From Escherichia phage FL20, in sequence record PP400781: a DNA stretch of 64,000 bases; one strand, given 5' to 3'. Every line of letters begins with the position of its first letter. Position 1 is the stretch's first letter. Both the position numbers and the translations under genes were made by a program. The notes under the pieces are model-generated. The model did no database searches, was not told the DNA's origin, and saw only the letters and a list, made by a program, of their open reading frames with translations. Positions 47,061 through 56,187 of this stretch are shown here, in pieces.

Positions 47061-47555
47061 TTATTTTACCAGTTCTGCTAATTCTTTTTCCGCCGCTTCC
47101 AGTTCAGCTTTCAGTTGTTTGATCTCTTGTCGCTTCTTATTAGCGGCTTCCTGCTTACTATTTCGGATAACCTGATCTAGATACAACTCCCAATCCTGAA
47201 TATTTTTGATAATGTAGCCGTCAACGTTCAGAGCTTTAATATTAAGAACTTCTTCCAGCTTACTTAAAGAACGTTGTGTTTCGGGGAAGAAATAGTCATA
47301 TTCACCTCGGTCAAACCAGTATCTTATGCCAGCTTTATCTAAACGACGATGCAATTCATAAAAATCTTTACCATCTTCGACGATGAGTTTGTCTACATCG
47401 CCATTACAGTTAACAGAGACTTTGAATCTAATATTATCAACCCCACCAAAAACATCAATAAGGATAGTTCCGATCGTGTTATCCGCGCTTCCAGTATCCA
47501 TAAAAGATTCTAGTTTTTCTTGATTAGTAACGTACCAAACATCTTGTTTCCACAT
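47061..47555 (-). CDS. WEVGK-module family protein (divergent module plus coiled-coil tail)
   Basis: 164 aa; C-terminal heptad tail KRQEIKQLKAELEAAEKELAELVK. Confidence 0.45.
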   Translation of the reverse strand: MWKQDVWYVTNQEKLESFMDTGSADNTIGTILIDVFGGVDNIRFKVSVNCNGDVDKLIVEDGKDFYELHRRLDKAGIRYWFDRGEYDYFFPETQRSLSKLEEVLNIKALNVDGYIIKNIQDWELYLDQVIRNSKQEAANKKRQEIKQLKAELEAAEKELAELVK

Positions 47556-47584
47556 AATATAATCCTCTCGTTGTTAAGTGGGAG

Positions 47585-47613
47585 TATTATAGCATACTCC
47601 CTTCGCATGTCAA
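47585..47613 (-). promoter_or_regulatory. Sigma70-type early promoter with dyad spacer
   Basis: TTGACA-tgcgaagggagtatgc-TATAAT; arms gggagtat/atactccc. Confidence 0.55.
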
Positions 47614-48788
47614 GCACTAACTTTTTTCTTTACTGCTTTCACCTTCTGGCGAATTGCTCGAATCTCTTCGATCTCTTTTTCAGTCTCTTTAACAATTTCT
47701 TTGCGATTCTGAATATCTGTATCTAGATTCTCATCGAGTTTAGGCAGCATGTCGATCAAGAACTTTTTAAGATCTTTCAGGTTTCGGATAACAGCACCTT
47801 CACCCATTACCGCCACGCCTACACCATCCGGCAGACCACCAAACAGTTTAACCAGTTCAGACAGATGATCATGATCTTCTAGTGCTTCTTCCGGTTCAGA
47901 TGGCAGTTCAACAAAGTAATAACGTTCATCATTGCTGATCAGGTGATACCAGCAAAGCCCGAAAGATTTCGGTGTATATTCTACACCATCAATTTCAACC
48001 GCGTCAACACTTCCATAATCATCTACTTTAGTTACCTTAAATCCTTGTCCCAGCTTTTGAACAATTTCAACAACATGACTTGATACAGTTTCAGCGGTAA
48101 ACCAATATGGCAAATTATGCTGATTTGGCTTGTAGCGTTCACCTACTTTAAATCTCTGACCAGCCGCTTGCATAGCATGAAATTGTTGTTTCGTGATTTC
48201 CGCGAAGTATTCAAATTCGCCACCATCAAACACACAAGCCCATTGATCACAAAAACGATCTGCCTTAACAGTTTCACCTTTCGCGGTGATCATGGTAGCT
48301 GATCCATGCAATTCTTCTTCAACTAAAAAGCCATATTCGACAAAATCAACAAGTTTCATGGCTTCTTTGTGCTCTGGATCATGCTCTCCCCAGAATCGCT
48401 TAAATTCTTGCAAACCTTCTGGGGTAAACGAATAACATTTACCTTTTTCAAAGTAAGTCGGCATTGCATCCTCTTTCTTGTTCATCGCTTCGTATGCCTC
48501 TTTTGAGATACGTTTAAAGAATTTACGCTCATCGTGCATAATCATAGTAGCCCAATAATAAACGATATCCTCAGCGGAATAAACTACATCTCCAGCTTCA
48601 ATAGTAATAACATGACCGTGGTCATCTTTTTCTAATACTTTAAAGCCCTTTTCTACGATTTCAGCAACCCGAATATGACCACGGCGCGAAGCATCGGTCA
48701 GAATAATTGAATAGCGAGAAAAGTCTAGAAACTCATCTTTACCGCCTTCACGGAATGCATAGTAATGACCTTCAAAGAATTTAGCCAT
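47610..48788 (-). CDS. WEVGK-module family protein (3 tandem modules plus tail)
   Basis: 392 aa; three repeats each with a G(E/K)xY core, an IEAGD/VEIDG box and an ERKFF/ERYYF box; Lys/Glu coiled-coil tail. Confidence 0.5.
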   Translation of the reverse strand: MAKFFEGHYYAFREGGKDEFLDFSRYSIILTDASRRGHIRVAEIVEKGFKVLEKDDHGHVITIEAGDVVYSAEDIVYYWATMIMHDERKFFKRISKEAYEAMNKKEDAMPTYFEKGKCYSFTPEGLQEFKRFWGEHDPEHKEAMKLVDFVEYGFLVEEELHGSATMITAKGETVKADRFCDQWACVFDGGEFEYFAEITKQQFHAMQAAGQRFKVGERYKPNQHNLPYWFTAETVSSHVVEIVQKLGQGFKVTKVDDYGSVDAVEIDGVEYTPKSFGLCWYHLISNDERYYFVELPSEPEEALEDHDHLSELVKLFGGLPDGVGVAVMGEGAVIRNLKDLKKFLIDMLPKLDENLDTDIQNRKEIVKETEKEIEEIRAIRQKVKAVKKKVSA

Positions 48789-48819
48789 AATATAATCCTC
48801 TCGTTGTTTAGACGGGAGT

Positions 48820-48848
48820 ATCTTACTACTCCCGTTTCATCATGTCAA
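48820..48848 (-). promoter_or_regulatory. Sigma70-type early promoter with dyad spacer
   Basis: TTGACA-17-TAAGAT; gggagta/tactccc inverted repeat. Confidence 0.55.
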
Positions 48849-49429
48849 GCGTTAAATGACTTTTGGATCTCTTTCAGTTCAGCTACTTTATCGGCGCTGA
48901 ATTTAGCGTAGGCATCATGTCGAATAATTTCACTTTCAAGAAAGGTTTCCAGCCGAGATCTATTTTCAATAAGGAACTCTTTCAGGTCTTCCGCGTTCTT
49001 GATAAAGATTTTATTGTCGGTAATGTCATCTTCAATCGCAAAGGAGATAGAGCGAACTTTACCAAACAAGTTAATCAGATCTTCCAGAGATTCTTCTTTC
49101 TTAACTGGTTTCATTTCTTCAAACTGCTTTTTAGTGATGCGTTTAAAGTATTTGCGCTCGCTTGCATCAATCATGATTGACGCACCCTCATAATCATGAG
49201 TTTCTACCAAATACACTTTACCCATAACATTAACCGTAAGAACTTTAAAGCCCCTGTGAAGCACACCATACAGGAACTTGTTATGTTGTGGGTAGCGTTT
49301 AACAAATTCCTCTGCGGACTCAGCATTACGGAAAGTGTAATAACGACCTCGTTCAAAAACAGCATCATTTGAAGACTTAGACGGATACAATTTATACGTT
49401 TTCTGTACCATAATATAATCCTCTATCAT
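48845..49429 (-). CDS. WEVGK-module family protein (1 module plus tail)
   Basis: 194 aa (true start possibly the internal ATG about 18 nt in); QKTYKL ... SERKYFKRI ... Confidence 0.45.
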   Translation of the reverse strand: MIEDYIMVQKTYKLYPSKSSNDAVFERGRYYTFRNAESAEEFVKRYPQHNKFLYGVLHRGFKVLTVNVMGKVYLVETHDYEGASIMIDASERKYFKRITKKQFEEMKPVKKEESLEDLINLFGKVRSISFAIEDDITDNKIFIKNAEDLKEFLIENRSRLETFLESEIIRHDAYAKFSADKVAELKEIQKSFNA

Positions 49430-49698
49430 TTCACTAATTGAACAGCACGGAACAGAATGCGCTCACACGGAAGCAGCATAAATTCCCAACGCGGATCAAA
49501 GTCTTTAGCGGTGTATGTTTTCCCATCAACCGAGATTTCACTTACATAACCAACAGGTGACACTTTAAGAACAGTAAACCCATTCTTGATGACTTCGTAG
49601 GTATCTTTCACCCCTTCGTATTCATCATCTAAGAAGTCTTTATGTGCTTGCTCAGATTTAAAAACATAGGCCACACCGGATTTAAACATCTTACGCAT
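49426..49698 (-). CDS. WEVGK-module family protein, short (90 aa)
   Basis: ATG at 49696-49698 with AGGAGAATCAACA leader; KSGVAYVFKSEQAHKDF ... ISVDGKTYTAKDFD. Confidence 0.45.
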   Translation of the reverse strand: MRKMFKSGVAYVFKSEQAHKDFLDDEYEGVKDTYEVIKNGFTVLKVSPVGYVSEISVDGKTYTAKDFDPRWEFMLLPCERILFRAVQLVK

Positions 49699-49730
49699 TG
49701 TTGATTCTCCTTCTTGATTAGATGGGAGTA

Positions 49731-49758
49731 TTTTACTACTCCCATTTCTTATTGTCAA
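49731..49758 (-). promoter_or_regulatory. Sigma70-type early promoter with dyad spacer
   Basis: TTGACA-17-TAAAAT; gggagta/tactccc. Confidence 0.5.
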
Positions 49759-49761
49759 CTA

Positions 49762-50235
49762 CTATCTTAATCTTTGTATAAATTGTTTCTTATACTTCTT
49801 CGTGATCTCTTCTCTTGTATCCGCGTCACAGTAATCGAAACCTTCTGCGTCCATAATAGCAACCATCTCCGCGCGTGTCAAGCGTGAAAATCGTTTTACT
49901 TTATCAACAGCATATTGAGGATGTAAATGATTGTTGGTGTAGTCTCCTTTGATGTAATTAACATAGTTTGTAGCCCAAACAACGAAATCAGCACCTAAAG
50001 CACCAACACCAAACCGTTTAAAGTCTCCGGTCAACGATCCTTCTAGGCGGTTGCAACACGAATGAAGCAATCCCCTTACGCGGCCTTGCCCTTTCCCATC
50101 TAGATCGTGATCGTGGTCAAGATGGTTTTTGCTCATATCCTCAAAAAGTGGCAATTGACAAAGGGGGCAAATGCCCCCCTGTTTTTCGAATAGTTCTTGT
50201 TTGTACTCTTTAGCACTCTTAGCAGTCAGTAACAT
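49762..50235 (-). CDS. 49: Endonuclease VII gp49 (Holliday-junction resolvase)
   Basis: 157 aa from ATG 50233-50235 (same length as T4); CPLCQ zinc motif, HLDHDHDL, RGLLHSCCN, FSRL match T4 EndoVII. Confidence 0.9.
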   Translation of the reverse strand: MLLTAKSAKEYKQELFEKQGGICPLCQLPLFEDMSKNHLDHDHDLDGKGQGRVRGLLHSCCNRLEGSLTGDFKRFGVGALGADFVVWATNYVNYIKGDYTNNHLHPQYAVDKVKRFSRLTRAEMVAIMDAEGFDYCDADTREEITKKYKKQFIQRLR

Positions 50236-50259
50236 AAATTCACCCTCCAAAGAAGGTAT

Positions 50260-50541
50260 TTAACCATTAATCTTGTTTTTGACTACAAAGGATCGGAACT
50301 CATCAAAGCCACCGATATAATCACCATTATAGAAAATCTGCGGCAGGGTGGCAATAACTTCTACCCCTGCGCGATCCTGAATATCGGCAATGATAGAATC
50401 AATCTTTACCGGACGACCGTTTTCGTCCACACCATCATTAACCGGAATGTAGATGTAAGGGATCTTACGCGCTTCACAAAGGCGCTTTGCATTCTGGCAA
50501 TACTTACAGTTGTAACCTTCAAAACCAAAAATTTCTACCAT
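50260..50541 (-). CDS. nrdC: Glutaredoxin/thioredoxin NrdC
   Basis: 93 aa from ATG 50539-50541; CKYCQNAKRL active site as in T4 NrdC; GGFDEF glutaredoxin motif. Confidence 0.8.
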   Translation of the reverse strand: MVEIFGFEGYNCKYCQNAKRLCEARKIPYIYIPVNDGVDENGRPVKIDSIIADIQDRAGVEVIATLPQIFYNGDYIGGFDEFRSFVVKNKING

Positions 50542-50549
50542 ATTATACC

Positions 50550-51362
50550 TCAATCTACGTTAGTTACATAAACTTCTTGCGTATCAGAAGACTTACCACC
50601 TGAACGATCTAGGCAATAGGTCTTATTCAACAGGACGCAGTTTAAATCATTCCGCTTGATAAAGTCAAGGAGATGATCATTTACCTTTCCCTTATGATGT
50701 GTGACATTACTGATACCAAACTGAAAACCACGCGCCATAATCGATTCTACCCACTGATAGAATTTAATCTCTTCCTCGTCACTCCAGAACTTATTGTATT
50801 CCGCAGAAGTGATAAGGTACGGCGGGTCCAAATAAACGAAATCACCTGGCAAGATCTCGATCTCGTCATAACGACCAGACGTAAAACTGATTCGACCGTC
50901 TTTGTTTTCTTCCTTAAAATTCAGGACGCGCTCTACCGCGTTTTCGTTAAAAGTCCGTCGGCCAAAATTAGCATTAAATTCTCCCTTCCTGTTATGGCGG
51001 TTAATGTTGCTAAAACTGTGCTGAATCAGAACAAACAGAGATAGCGGATCTGGATTCTCATTATACTTCTTACGGAATGTCATGTAAGCGTCTTTATCAT
51101 CACGAGACAAACCATTTTCGGCAATAATACGCTTGATCGTAGAAACCGGATCAGGACACTCGTCAATCGCTTTGTACGCGTCAATTAAGCGGTGATCATA
51201 GTCATTAGCCAGCACATCCCCTTCGACGTACAGAGACACGCTCAAGCCGCCACAGAAGGCATCAACAAAGCGGTTATAGTGCTTAGGGAAATACTTACTA
51301 ACACCCGGCAATAACTTTTCCTTATTGCCAGTATAGGGAATTAAACCTAATGCTTTCTTCAT
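50550..51362 (-). CDS. dam: DNA adenine methyltransferase Dam (N6-A, GATC)
   Basis: 270 aa; YTGNK, NRFVDAFCGGLSVSL (SAM binding), DPPYLIT catalytic motif, ADYNKFWS-like block; collinear with T4 Dam. Confidence 0.85.
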   Translation of the reverse strand: MKKALGLIPYTGNKEKLLPGVSKYFPKHYNRFVDAFCGGLSVSLYVEGDVLANDYDHRLIDAYKAIDECPDPVSTIKRIIAENGLSRDDKDAYMTFRKKYNENPDPLSLFVLIQHSFSNINRHNRKGEFNANFGRRTFNENAVERVLNFKEENKDGRISFTSGRYDEIEILPGDFVYLDPPYLITSAEYNKFWSDEEEIKFYQWVESIMARGFQFGISNVTHHKGKVNDHLLDFIKRNDLNCVLLNKTYCLDRSGGKSSDTQEVYVTNVD

Positions 51363-51793
51363 TATCCCTTCCTCAAATAAGTTCGCTCAATCTCTACCAG
51401 TTCGAAAAATTCATCCCAATCACACGGAAAGTTGCAGTTTCCAAAATGGTCCTCTTTGTAAAGTTCTTTACCGGATGGCAGCTTAATATCTGTTACGCTG
51501 TAGTATCCGCAACAATCGCAATCACCCTCTGTATATTCTGTTTTAGTAGGAATATCCATCATTGCCAGATACAAAGGTACATCGTCTTGCTCAAAGTTCA
51601 TGTAACCTTCATGGTCGAATGAAACAAAGTTATCATCGCCACCGAAAGGGATATAATGGTCATAATCGGTTACAGGTTGACCGTGTAATTCCCATTCTAC
51701 ATTTTTAACATTACCACTAAACTTTATACCCATAATTTCAACAAGAAAATGAGTATCGTCAATGTAAATCTTACTAGGGGTTGGATAAACCAT
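51362..51793 (-). CDS. Hypothetical protein (Cys-rich)
   Basis: 143-aa ORF; CDCCG...C...C cluster. Confidence 0.4.
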   Translation of the reverse strand: MVYPTPSKIYIDDTHFLVEIMGIKFSGNVKNVEWELHGQPVTDYDHYIPFGGDDNFVSFDHEGYMNFEQDDVPLYLAMMDIPTKTEYTEGDCDCCGYYSVTDIKLPSGKELYKEDHFGNCNFPCDWDEFFELVEIERTYLRKG

Positions 51794-51803
51794 TATATAA
51801 TCC

Positions 51804-52100
51804 TCATATCTCAGAGAATAGAATCTCTGTTAGCTTCACTGACTGCTCTCTGAATGTTAGCGTATACTCGAAAGGAAAGTCAACACCTAATTTCAGAAGA
51901 GAATAGCCTACCGCCTCTTTATGCTTATCGGTTAGGGCGATCCTAACCAATTCCCGTTGAATCTCTTTAGGAGGTGAATGGATAGTAACACGGGTATCAT
52001 GCAATGTCCAGTCACCATTTCGAATTAAGATTAACGGTTTATCATCATTGAAGATCACCGACCCCTTTCCGGTCGGTGAATGTTTTATATTAATCATCAA
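51804..52100 (-). CDS. Hypothetical protein
   Basis: 98-aa ORF. Confidence 0.4.
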   Translation of the reverse strand: MMINIKHSPTGKGSVIFNDDKPLILIRNGDWTLHDTRVTIHSPPKEIQRELVRIALTDKHKEAVGYSLLKLGVDFPFEYTLTFREQSVKLTEILFSEI

Positions 52101-52311
52101 ATTCTAAGAAATATTCTGGAACGATATAACCGTTAAAGTCATTGCACTTATAAAAATGTGGTGCATTTAATGCTGGATGAGCATTAGTAAAGAGTTTACC
52201 CTCTAGAAACAGAATGTAATTAATCGGTCTAATACCGACAGAATCAGGGTCTAAACCTTTTTCTTTCAGTTCAGCCAGCGTTAAAACTCGTCCAGATCTT
52301 AACTTAGCCAT
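52090..52311 (-). CDS. Hypothetical small protein
   Basis: 73-aa ORF. Confidence 0.35.
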   Translation of the reverse strand: MAKLRSGRVLTLAELKEKGLDPDSVGIRPINYILFLEGKLFTNAHPALNAPHFYKCNDFNGYIVPEYFLEFDD

Positions 52312-52597
52312 GATTTACCCCCAATTCATCAAGATTATGTCGCAGCATTTCAGAGTATTTTTCTACTTCCTTAATCTTAGTGTGGATCTCCAAGATCTCA
52401 TCTTCACTATCAGATAGTTTAATGGCAATCGCGAGCGTGCTTTTACCAGCTTTCATAGTCTCTTTCCGTTCAACCAATAGATCCGCGTGTTTCAATAGCA
52501 ATTCTTCACGTCGAACATAAGCGACGGTCAAAGCCTCATCAGCGATTTCTAAAGCATTTTCAGCGACACCAACAACCATTTTACGAGTAGACAGCAT
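52304..52597 (-). CDS. Hypothetical protein
   Basis: 97-aa ORF. Confidence 0.4.
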   Translation of the reverse strand: MLSTRKMVVGVAENALEIADEALTVAYVRREELLLKHADLLVERKETMKAGKSTLAIAIKLSDSEDEILEIHTKIKEVEKYSEMLRHNLDELGVNHG

Positions 52598-52611
52598 AAA
52601 TTCACCTCACA

Positions 52612-52920
52612 TTATTTCACGTTAACGCCGTCATCAATCCAGCCGACGCTATTTGGTTTAACAGTTTTACCATAGGATGCATACTTAATCAAGCATGGTT
52701 TAACATCATTATCAAATCTTCCTAAACGTACTCCCAAATCAGGAATATCCATGTATGCGGCTTTATATCCCCATGTGCCATATTCAGAATCAATCTCAAC
52801 CGGACGGCCTTTAAAAGCATACACTACACCGTGACGGTCAACGATAACATAGCAATAGCAAGCCGGAAGATACACAGTTTCGCCGTAAACTTTAACTGGA
52901 GTAGCAGAAGAGATAAACAT
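52612..52920 (-). CDS. Hypothetical protein (102 aa)
   Basis: ATG at 52918-52920 with GAGGA RBS; promoter TTGACA-17-TATAAT at about 52955-52984. Confidence 0.4.
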   Translation of the reverse strand: MFISSATPVKVYGETVYLPACYCYVIVDRHGVVYAFKGRPVEIDSEYGTWGYKAAYMDIPDLGVRLGRFDNDVKPCLIKYASYGKTVKPNSVGWIDDGVNVK

Positions 52921-52989
52921 AATATAATCCTCACATCGTTCATTTGATGCGGTCATTATATGATAACCGCATTTTCATGTCAACAGTTT

Positions 52990-53412
52990 TTAAAAATCTT
53001 CTTCCGGTTTATATCGACCGTCATCGACTGGTTTTGGACTGAATCCTTTATGCGTGCGCGGCTTCGCTTCCGGTTTACCAGCAATCATCAAACCAAAACA
53101 TTTCATTCCCTTATAACACATAACAATATCAACCACGGTCCACGTTATAGGCCATACGATTGCAGCAATACAAAATGCTCCTGTATCGACCTCTTTGGTG
53201 TCCTTGTCGAATCTGGCGTACAAGCAGAATACTAGATACGAGATCATTGCACCAGTAGTCCAGATATAAAGCACATTAACAATATCTTGTGTTGTCACAT
53301 TATCCTCCTTACATGTCTTGCAGTGCATAAAAGCATTTTTCTTCATAGTCATAGAAAATGTCAAAGTATGCTTTTTCCACATACTCGCCATTAATCCAAG
53401 CGGCAGTAACAA
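52990..53412 (-). CDS. Hypothetical membrane protein
   Basis: 140-aa ORF with three or four predicted TM helices. Confidence 0.45.
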   Translation of the reverse strand: MLLPLGLMASMWKKHTLTFSMTMKKNAFMHCKTCKEDNVTTQDIVNVLYIWTTGAMISYLVFCLYARFDKDTKEVDTGAFCIAAIVWPITWTVVDIVMCYKGMKCFGLMIAGKPEAKPRTHKGFSPKPVDDGRYKPEEDF

Positions 53413-53587
53413 TCAGAGTGGTCCAGTTAGATCCGCTCTCAACGGTAAAGGTTTTAATACCCAGCTTCGCTGCCAAGTCGAACGCAAACCGGACGCAACC
53501 ACGGCAGGAAGTGATATTGGAAGTTTTGATTTTAAAGCCACCGCGAGTTTTAGAAATTTCTACTTTAGCGAAAGACAGGTTGCTCAT
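53309..53587 (-). CDS. Hypothetical protein
   Basis: 92-aa ORF with AGGAGAATCAAAATG leader; partly overlaps the previous ORF in another frame, so one of the two starts is uncertain. Confidence 0.4.
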   Translation of the reverse strand: MSNLSFAKVEISKTRGGFKIKTSNITSCRGCVRFAFDLAAKLGIKTFTVESGSNWTTLIVTAAWINGEYVEKAYFDIFYDYEEKCFYALQDM

Positions 53588-53629
53588 TTTGATTCTCCTT
53601 AAGAAAGTGTGTTTCGTTTTGATGTGTGT

Positions 53630-53658
53630 AGTATAGGGGATACGTGATCCCCTGTCAA
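53630..53658 (-). promoter_or_regulatory. Sigma70-type early promoter with dyad spacer
   Basis: TTGACA-ggggatcacgtatcccc-CTATAC. Confidence 0.5.
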
Positions 53659-53666
53659 CAACTTTT

Positions 53667-53996
53667 TTATGATTTTAGTGAATTAACCACTACATCAAAA
53701 TGATGTACAGAGTACACCTTATTAAACACATATTCATCGTGTTTAGGAATAGCCCCTAATCGCTCTATTTCGCTCGCTGACACGATAAACCGTTTATCAG
53801 GTGCATTTACCTTATATGCTTCAACAACGCACGGAAAACGCGTTTTAGAGAGTTCGGGATAGTTTTCTGACTCCATCAGGACAATGAATACCCTATTACA
53901 TTGATTGTAGAATCCGGTTTTTGATTTCATCAAGTTTTCTTCTCTGTGAAATTCGTGCAATCTTCCTTTCATGATTTCGTTGGTTCTTGTCTTCAC
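53667..53996 (-). CDS. Hypothetical protein
   Basis: ORF of up to 109 aa; true start probably internal. Confidence 0.35.
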   Translation of the reverse strand: MKTRTNEIMKGRLHEFHREENLMKSKTGFYNQCNRVFIVLMESENYPELSKTRFPCVVEAYKVNAPDKRFIVSASEIERLGAIPKHDEYVFNKVYSVHHFDVVVNSLKS

Positions 53997-54237
53997 AGTT
54001 TACCCACTCAACAAGGTCTTTACCTAACTCGAAAGCCCATTCTCGGTCCTGCTTTACGTTTTGTAGGTATGGACTTTCCGACACTCGACGAAGTGATGTT
54101 GTCGCAACAAGAATGATCCCAGGAATGTTCGGATGTTCCTTTCCATATACAATAGGACGCGAGTCACTATCAATACCTTGTAAGAAGGTGTATCCTGAAT
54201 CACTTAGGATCATATACATTTTCATTTCATCCATCAC
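53896..54237 (-). CDS. Hypothetical protein
   Basis: 113-aa ORF. Confidence 0.35.
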   Translation of the reverse strand: MMDEMKMYMILSDSGYTFLQGIDSDSRPIVYGKEHPNIPGIILVATTSLRRVSESPYLQNVKQDREWAFELGKDLVEWVNCEDKNQRNHERKIARISQRRKLDEIKNRILQSM

Positions 54238-54491
54238 AGTTTCCTCAACCAGTTATTAAAGCGAGTAAACAATGATGATTTTCGTGCTTCTTTTACTTTA
54301 TGTGCACGTAAACCACTGAAACACCATTCATAATCATCACTGAAACATGATTCAACAGGAACACCCGCATTTCGTAGTTCTCTGGTCTTTATCATGAATC
54401 CTTGACATAAGGGGCGACCTTCAACAATGATAGGAAGTTTAACTTTTTCCATGAAAGTATACCCAGCACGGTCAATAATTTCAATCTTCAT
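54234..54491 (-). CDS. Small paralog family member A
   Basis: 85 aa; MKIEIIDRAGYTFMEKVKLPIIVEGRP ... resembles 54510..54713 and 56188..56463. Confidence 0.45.
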   Translation of the reverse strand: MKIEIIDRAGYTFMEKVKLPIIVEGRPLCQGFMIKTRELRNAGVPVESCFSDDYEWCFSGLRAHKVKEARKSSLFTRFNNWLRKL

Positions 54492-54509
54492 AATATAATC
54501 CTCAATTGA

Positions 54510-54713
54510 TTACACTTCCCAGGCTTCTTTGCTAAGAAAACACCATTTATACTCAGGAGAATAACCTTTAATCGGTACTCCCGCTTTTTGTAATTCCTGC
54601 GTTTCAACAACATAATCATGCCCATATGGTCGGCCTTCCACGATGATAGGAAGTTTAACACCTTTCATGAAAGAATATCCACCATCGTCAAAAATTTCAA
54701 TTTTAATTTTCAT
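54510..54713 (-). CDS. Small paralog family member B
   Basis: 67 aa; MKIKIEIFDDGGYSFMKGVKLPIIVEGRP ... Confidence 0.45.
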   Translation of the reverse strand: MKIKIEIFDDGGYSFMKGVKLPIIVEGRPYGHDYVVETQELQKAGVPIKGYSPEYKWCFLSKEAWEV

Positions 54714-54736
54714 TTTACATTATCTCCATAGTTCTT

Positions 54737-54958
54737 TCAATCAATATCAATTTCACCAGCACGAACATCTAGGATAAGATGCGGTAGGTGTATGCAATTT
54801 TCCCAACCAATGCGCTTCATTTCTTCTACGGTAACGTAAGCCCACCCGTTCGCTGTAATAAAGTCTACTTCAACCTTGAGAGGAAAGCAAGACTTTTCTA
54901 TGTCTTCGAATCCGATAATGTGTTTTGTCGTTGAATATGGAATATATCCGGTGATCAT
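54737..54958 (-). CDS. Hypothetical small protein
   Basis: 73-aa ORF. Confidence 0.4.
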   Translation of the reverse strand: MITGYIPYSTTKHIIGFEDIEKSCFPLKVEVDFITANGWAYVTVEEMKRIGWENCIHLPHLILDVRAGEIDID

Positions 54959-55389
54959 TTTGTGATCTCCTTATACTCAACACACCATAAGCGGGTAGCC
55001 CATGATAAACGCTCATAACGCTGGCAGAAATCGGACCATAGATATTGTGTACCGTCTTGCATGGTTGAAATATGCGTTTTCTCACCTACTTTCACGAAAG
55101 AAGTATTCGATTTTGTGATCTCGACCGGAGTATATCCGAAAGCTGGTTCCAAGTCAACATCTGAACTAAATGCTAATTTAACAGAATTTGTTTTTCTGAC
55201 CGCTGTCCGGTTTCCTTCTGGGTATAGCACAGCAGGGTTAGCGCCTAAGCGGATAAACTCAGTGTTTTTAATAAACAGAATATCATGATAACCGTCATAT
55301 TCCGACACTTCCATAGTAACAGGAAAATCGACATGTGCTAAACCTGGTAGATCTCGCATATCATGAAAGGTCGCCATCAACTTTTTCAT
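54955..55389 (-). CDS. Hypothetical protein
   Basis: 144-aa ORF; its C-terminal third is duplicated in 55453..55644. Confidence 0.4.
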   Translation of the reverse strand: MKKLMATFHDMRDLPGLAHVDFPVTMEVSEYDGYHDILFIKNTEFIRLGANPAVLYPEGNRTAVRKTNSVKLAFSSDVDLEPAFGYTPVEITKSNTSFVKVGEKTHISTMQDGTQYLWSDFCQRYERLSWATRLWCVEYKEITK

Positions 55390-55452
55390 TCTATATTCCT
55401 CACTCTTCTGTAATTACTTCATATTCAATTTTCCATACATCAATCGCCCAGC

Positions 55453-55644
55453 TTAAAAGCTCATACGATTTACAGAAAGATGACCAAATATACTGTTTCC
55501 GTGCATCGTTGTTATGTGTGTATGCTCACCAACTTCAACGAAAGACATATTTGACTTTGTGATAACTATAGGAATGCGACCGAAAGGTGGCGGTATTACT
55601 GATTCGTTGGTCTTCATTCTATATTCCTCACTCTTCTGTTTCAT
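55453..55644 (-). CDS. Hypothetical small protein, partial duplicate of the 54955..55389 C-terminus
   Basis: 63 aa; VITKSNMSFVEVGEHTHITTM versus VEITKSNTSFVKVGEKTHISTM. Confidence 0.35.
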   Translation of the reverse strand: MKQKSEEYRMKTNESVIPPPFGRIPIVITKSNMSFVEVGEHTHITTMHGNSIFGHLSVNRMSF

Positions 55645-55864
55645 TTCTTTTATATGGTACTATAACAGGATTAATACAGCAAGCACCAATTACGTTATGA
55701 GCACCACAATTTAAGCATTTATAATCATGGAACTTATTAAGGAATCGCCCGAACTCATAACCGACTAACGCCGCGTGTACTTGAGTCTCGATCTCATCCA
55801 TATCAGCCAATGTTTTAACCTTCATAATATAATCCTCAAATACTGGTTTTGCGAAGATGGTCAT
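55628..55864 (-). CDS. Hypothetical small protein (Cys-containing)
   Basis: 78-aa ORF. Confidence 0.35.
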   Translation of the reverse strand: MTIFAKPVFEDYIMKVKTLADMDEIETQVHAALVGYEFGRFLNKFHDYKCLNCGAHNVIGACCINPVIVPYKRNETEE

Positions 55865-56126
55865 TACATGCTTTTAATGCATCAGTCGAGGTGTCATAGC
55901 GAGTATTATCATAGCACCAGTAACCATCTGTCAACTGATAAATTAATCCATCCTTTTTAGCTTCGATGAAAGACAATTCTTTGAAAGTTTCTACTTTCTT
56001 TGCTGATACTCCACGGTCACGGCGTTTATAGAGTTTAGCTAAAACGCGTTCAGCTTGTTCCTCTTTATCGCCAGACAGATCCCAGATGACGTTTCTGATA
56101 TGCTTGATTAATTGTTCAGTGGTCAT
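55836..56126 (-). CDS. Hypothetical protein
   Basis: 96-aa ORF with AGGAGAATCAAAT leader. Confidence 0.4.
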   Translation of the reverse strand: MTTEQLIKHIRNVIWDLSGDKEEQAERVLAKLYKRRDRGVSAKKVETFKELSFIEAKKDGLIYQLTDGYWCYDNTRYDTSTDALKACNDHLRKTSI

Positions 56127-56156
56127 ATTTGATTCTCCTTAGTTGGTATGGTTATC

Positions 56157-56184
56157 ATTATACGGGGATTTCTCCCCGTGTCAA
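56157..56184 (-). promoter_or_regulatory. Sigma70-type early promoter with dyad spacer
   Basis: TTGACA-cggggagaaatccccg-TATAAT. Confidence 0.55.
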
Positions 56185-56187
56185 CAA

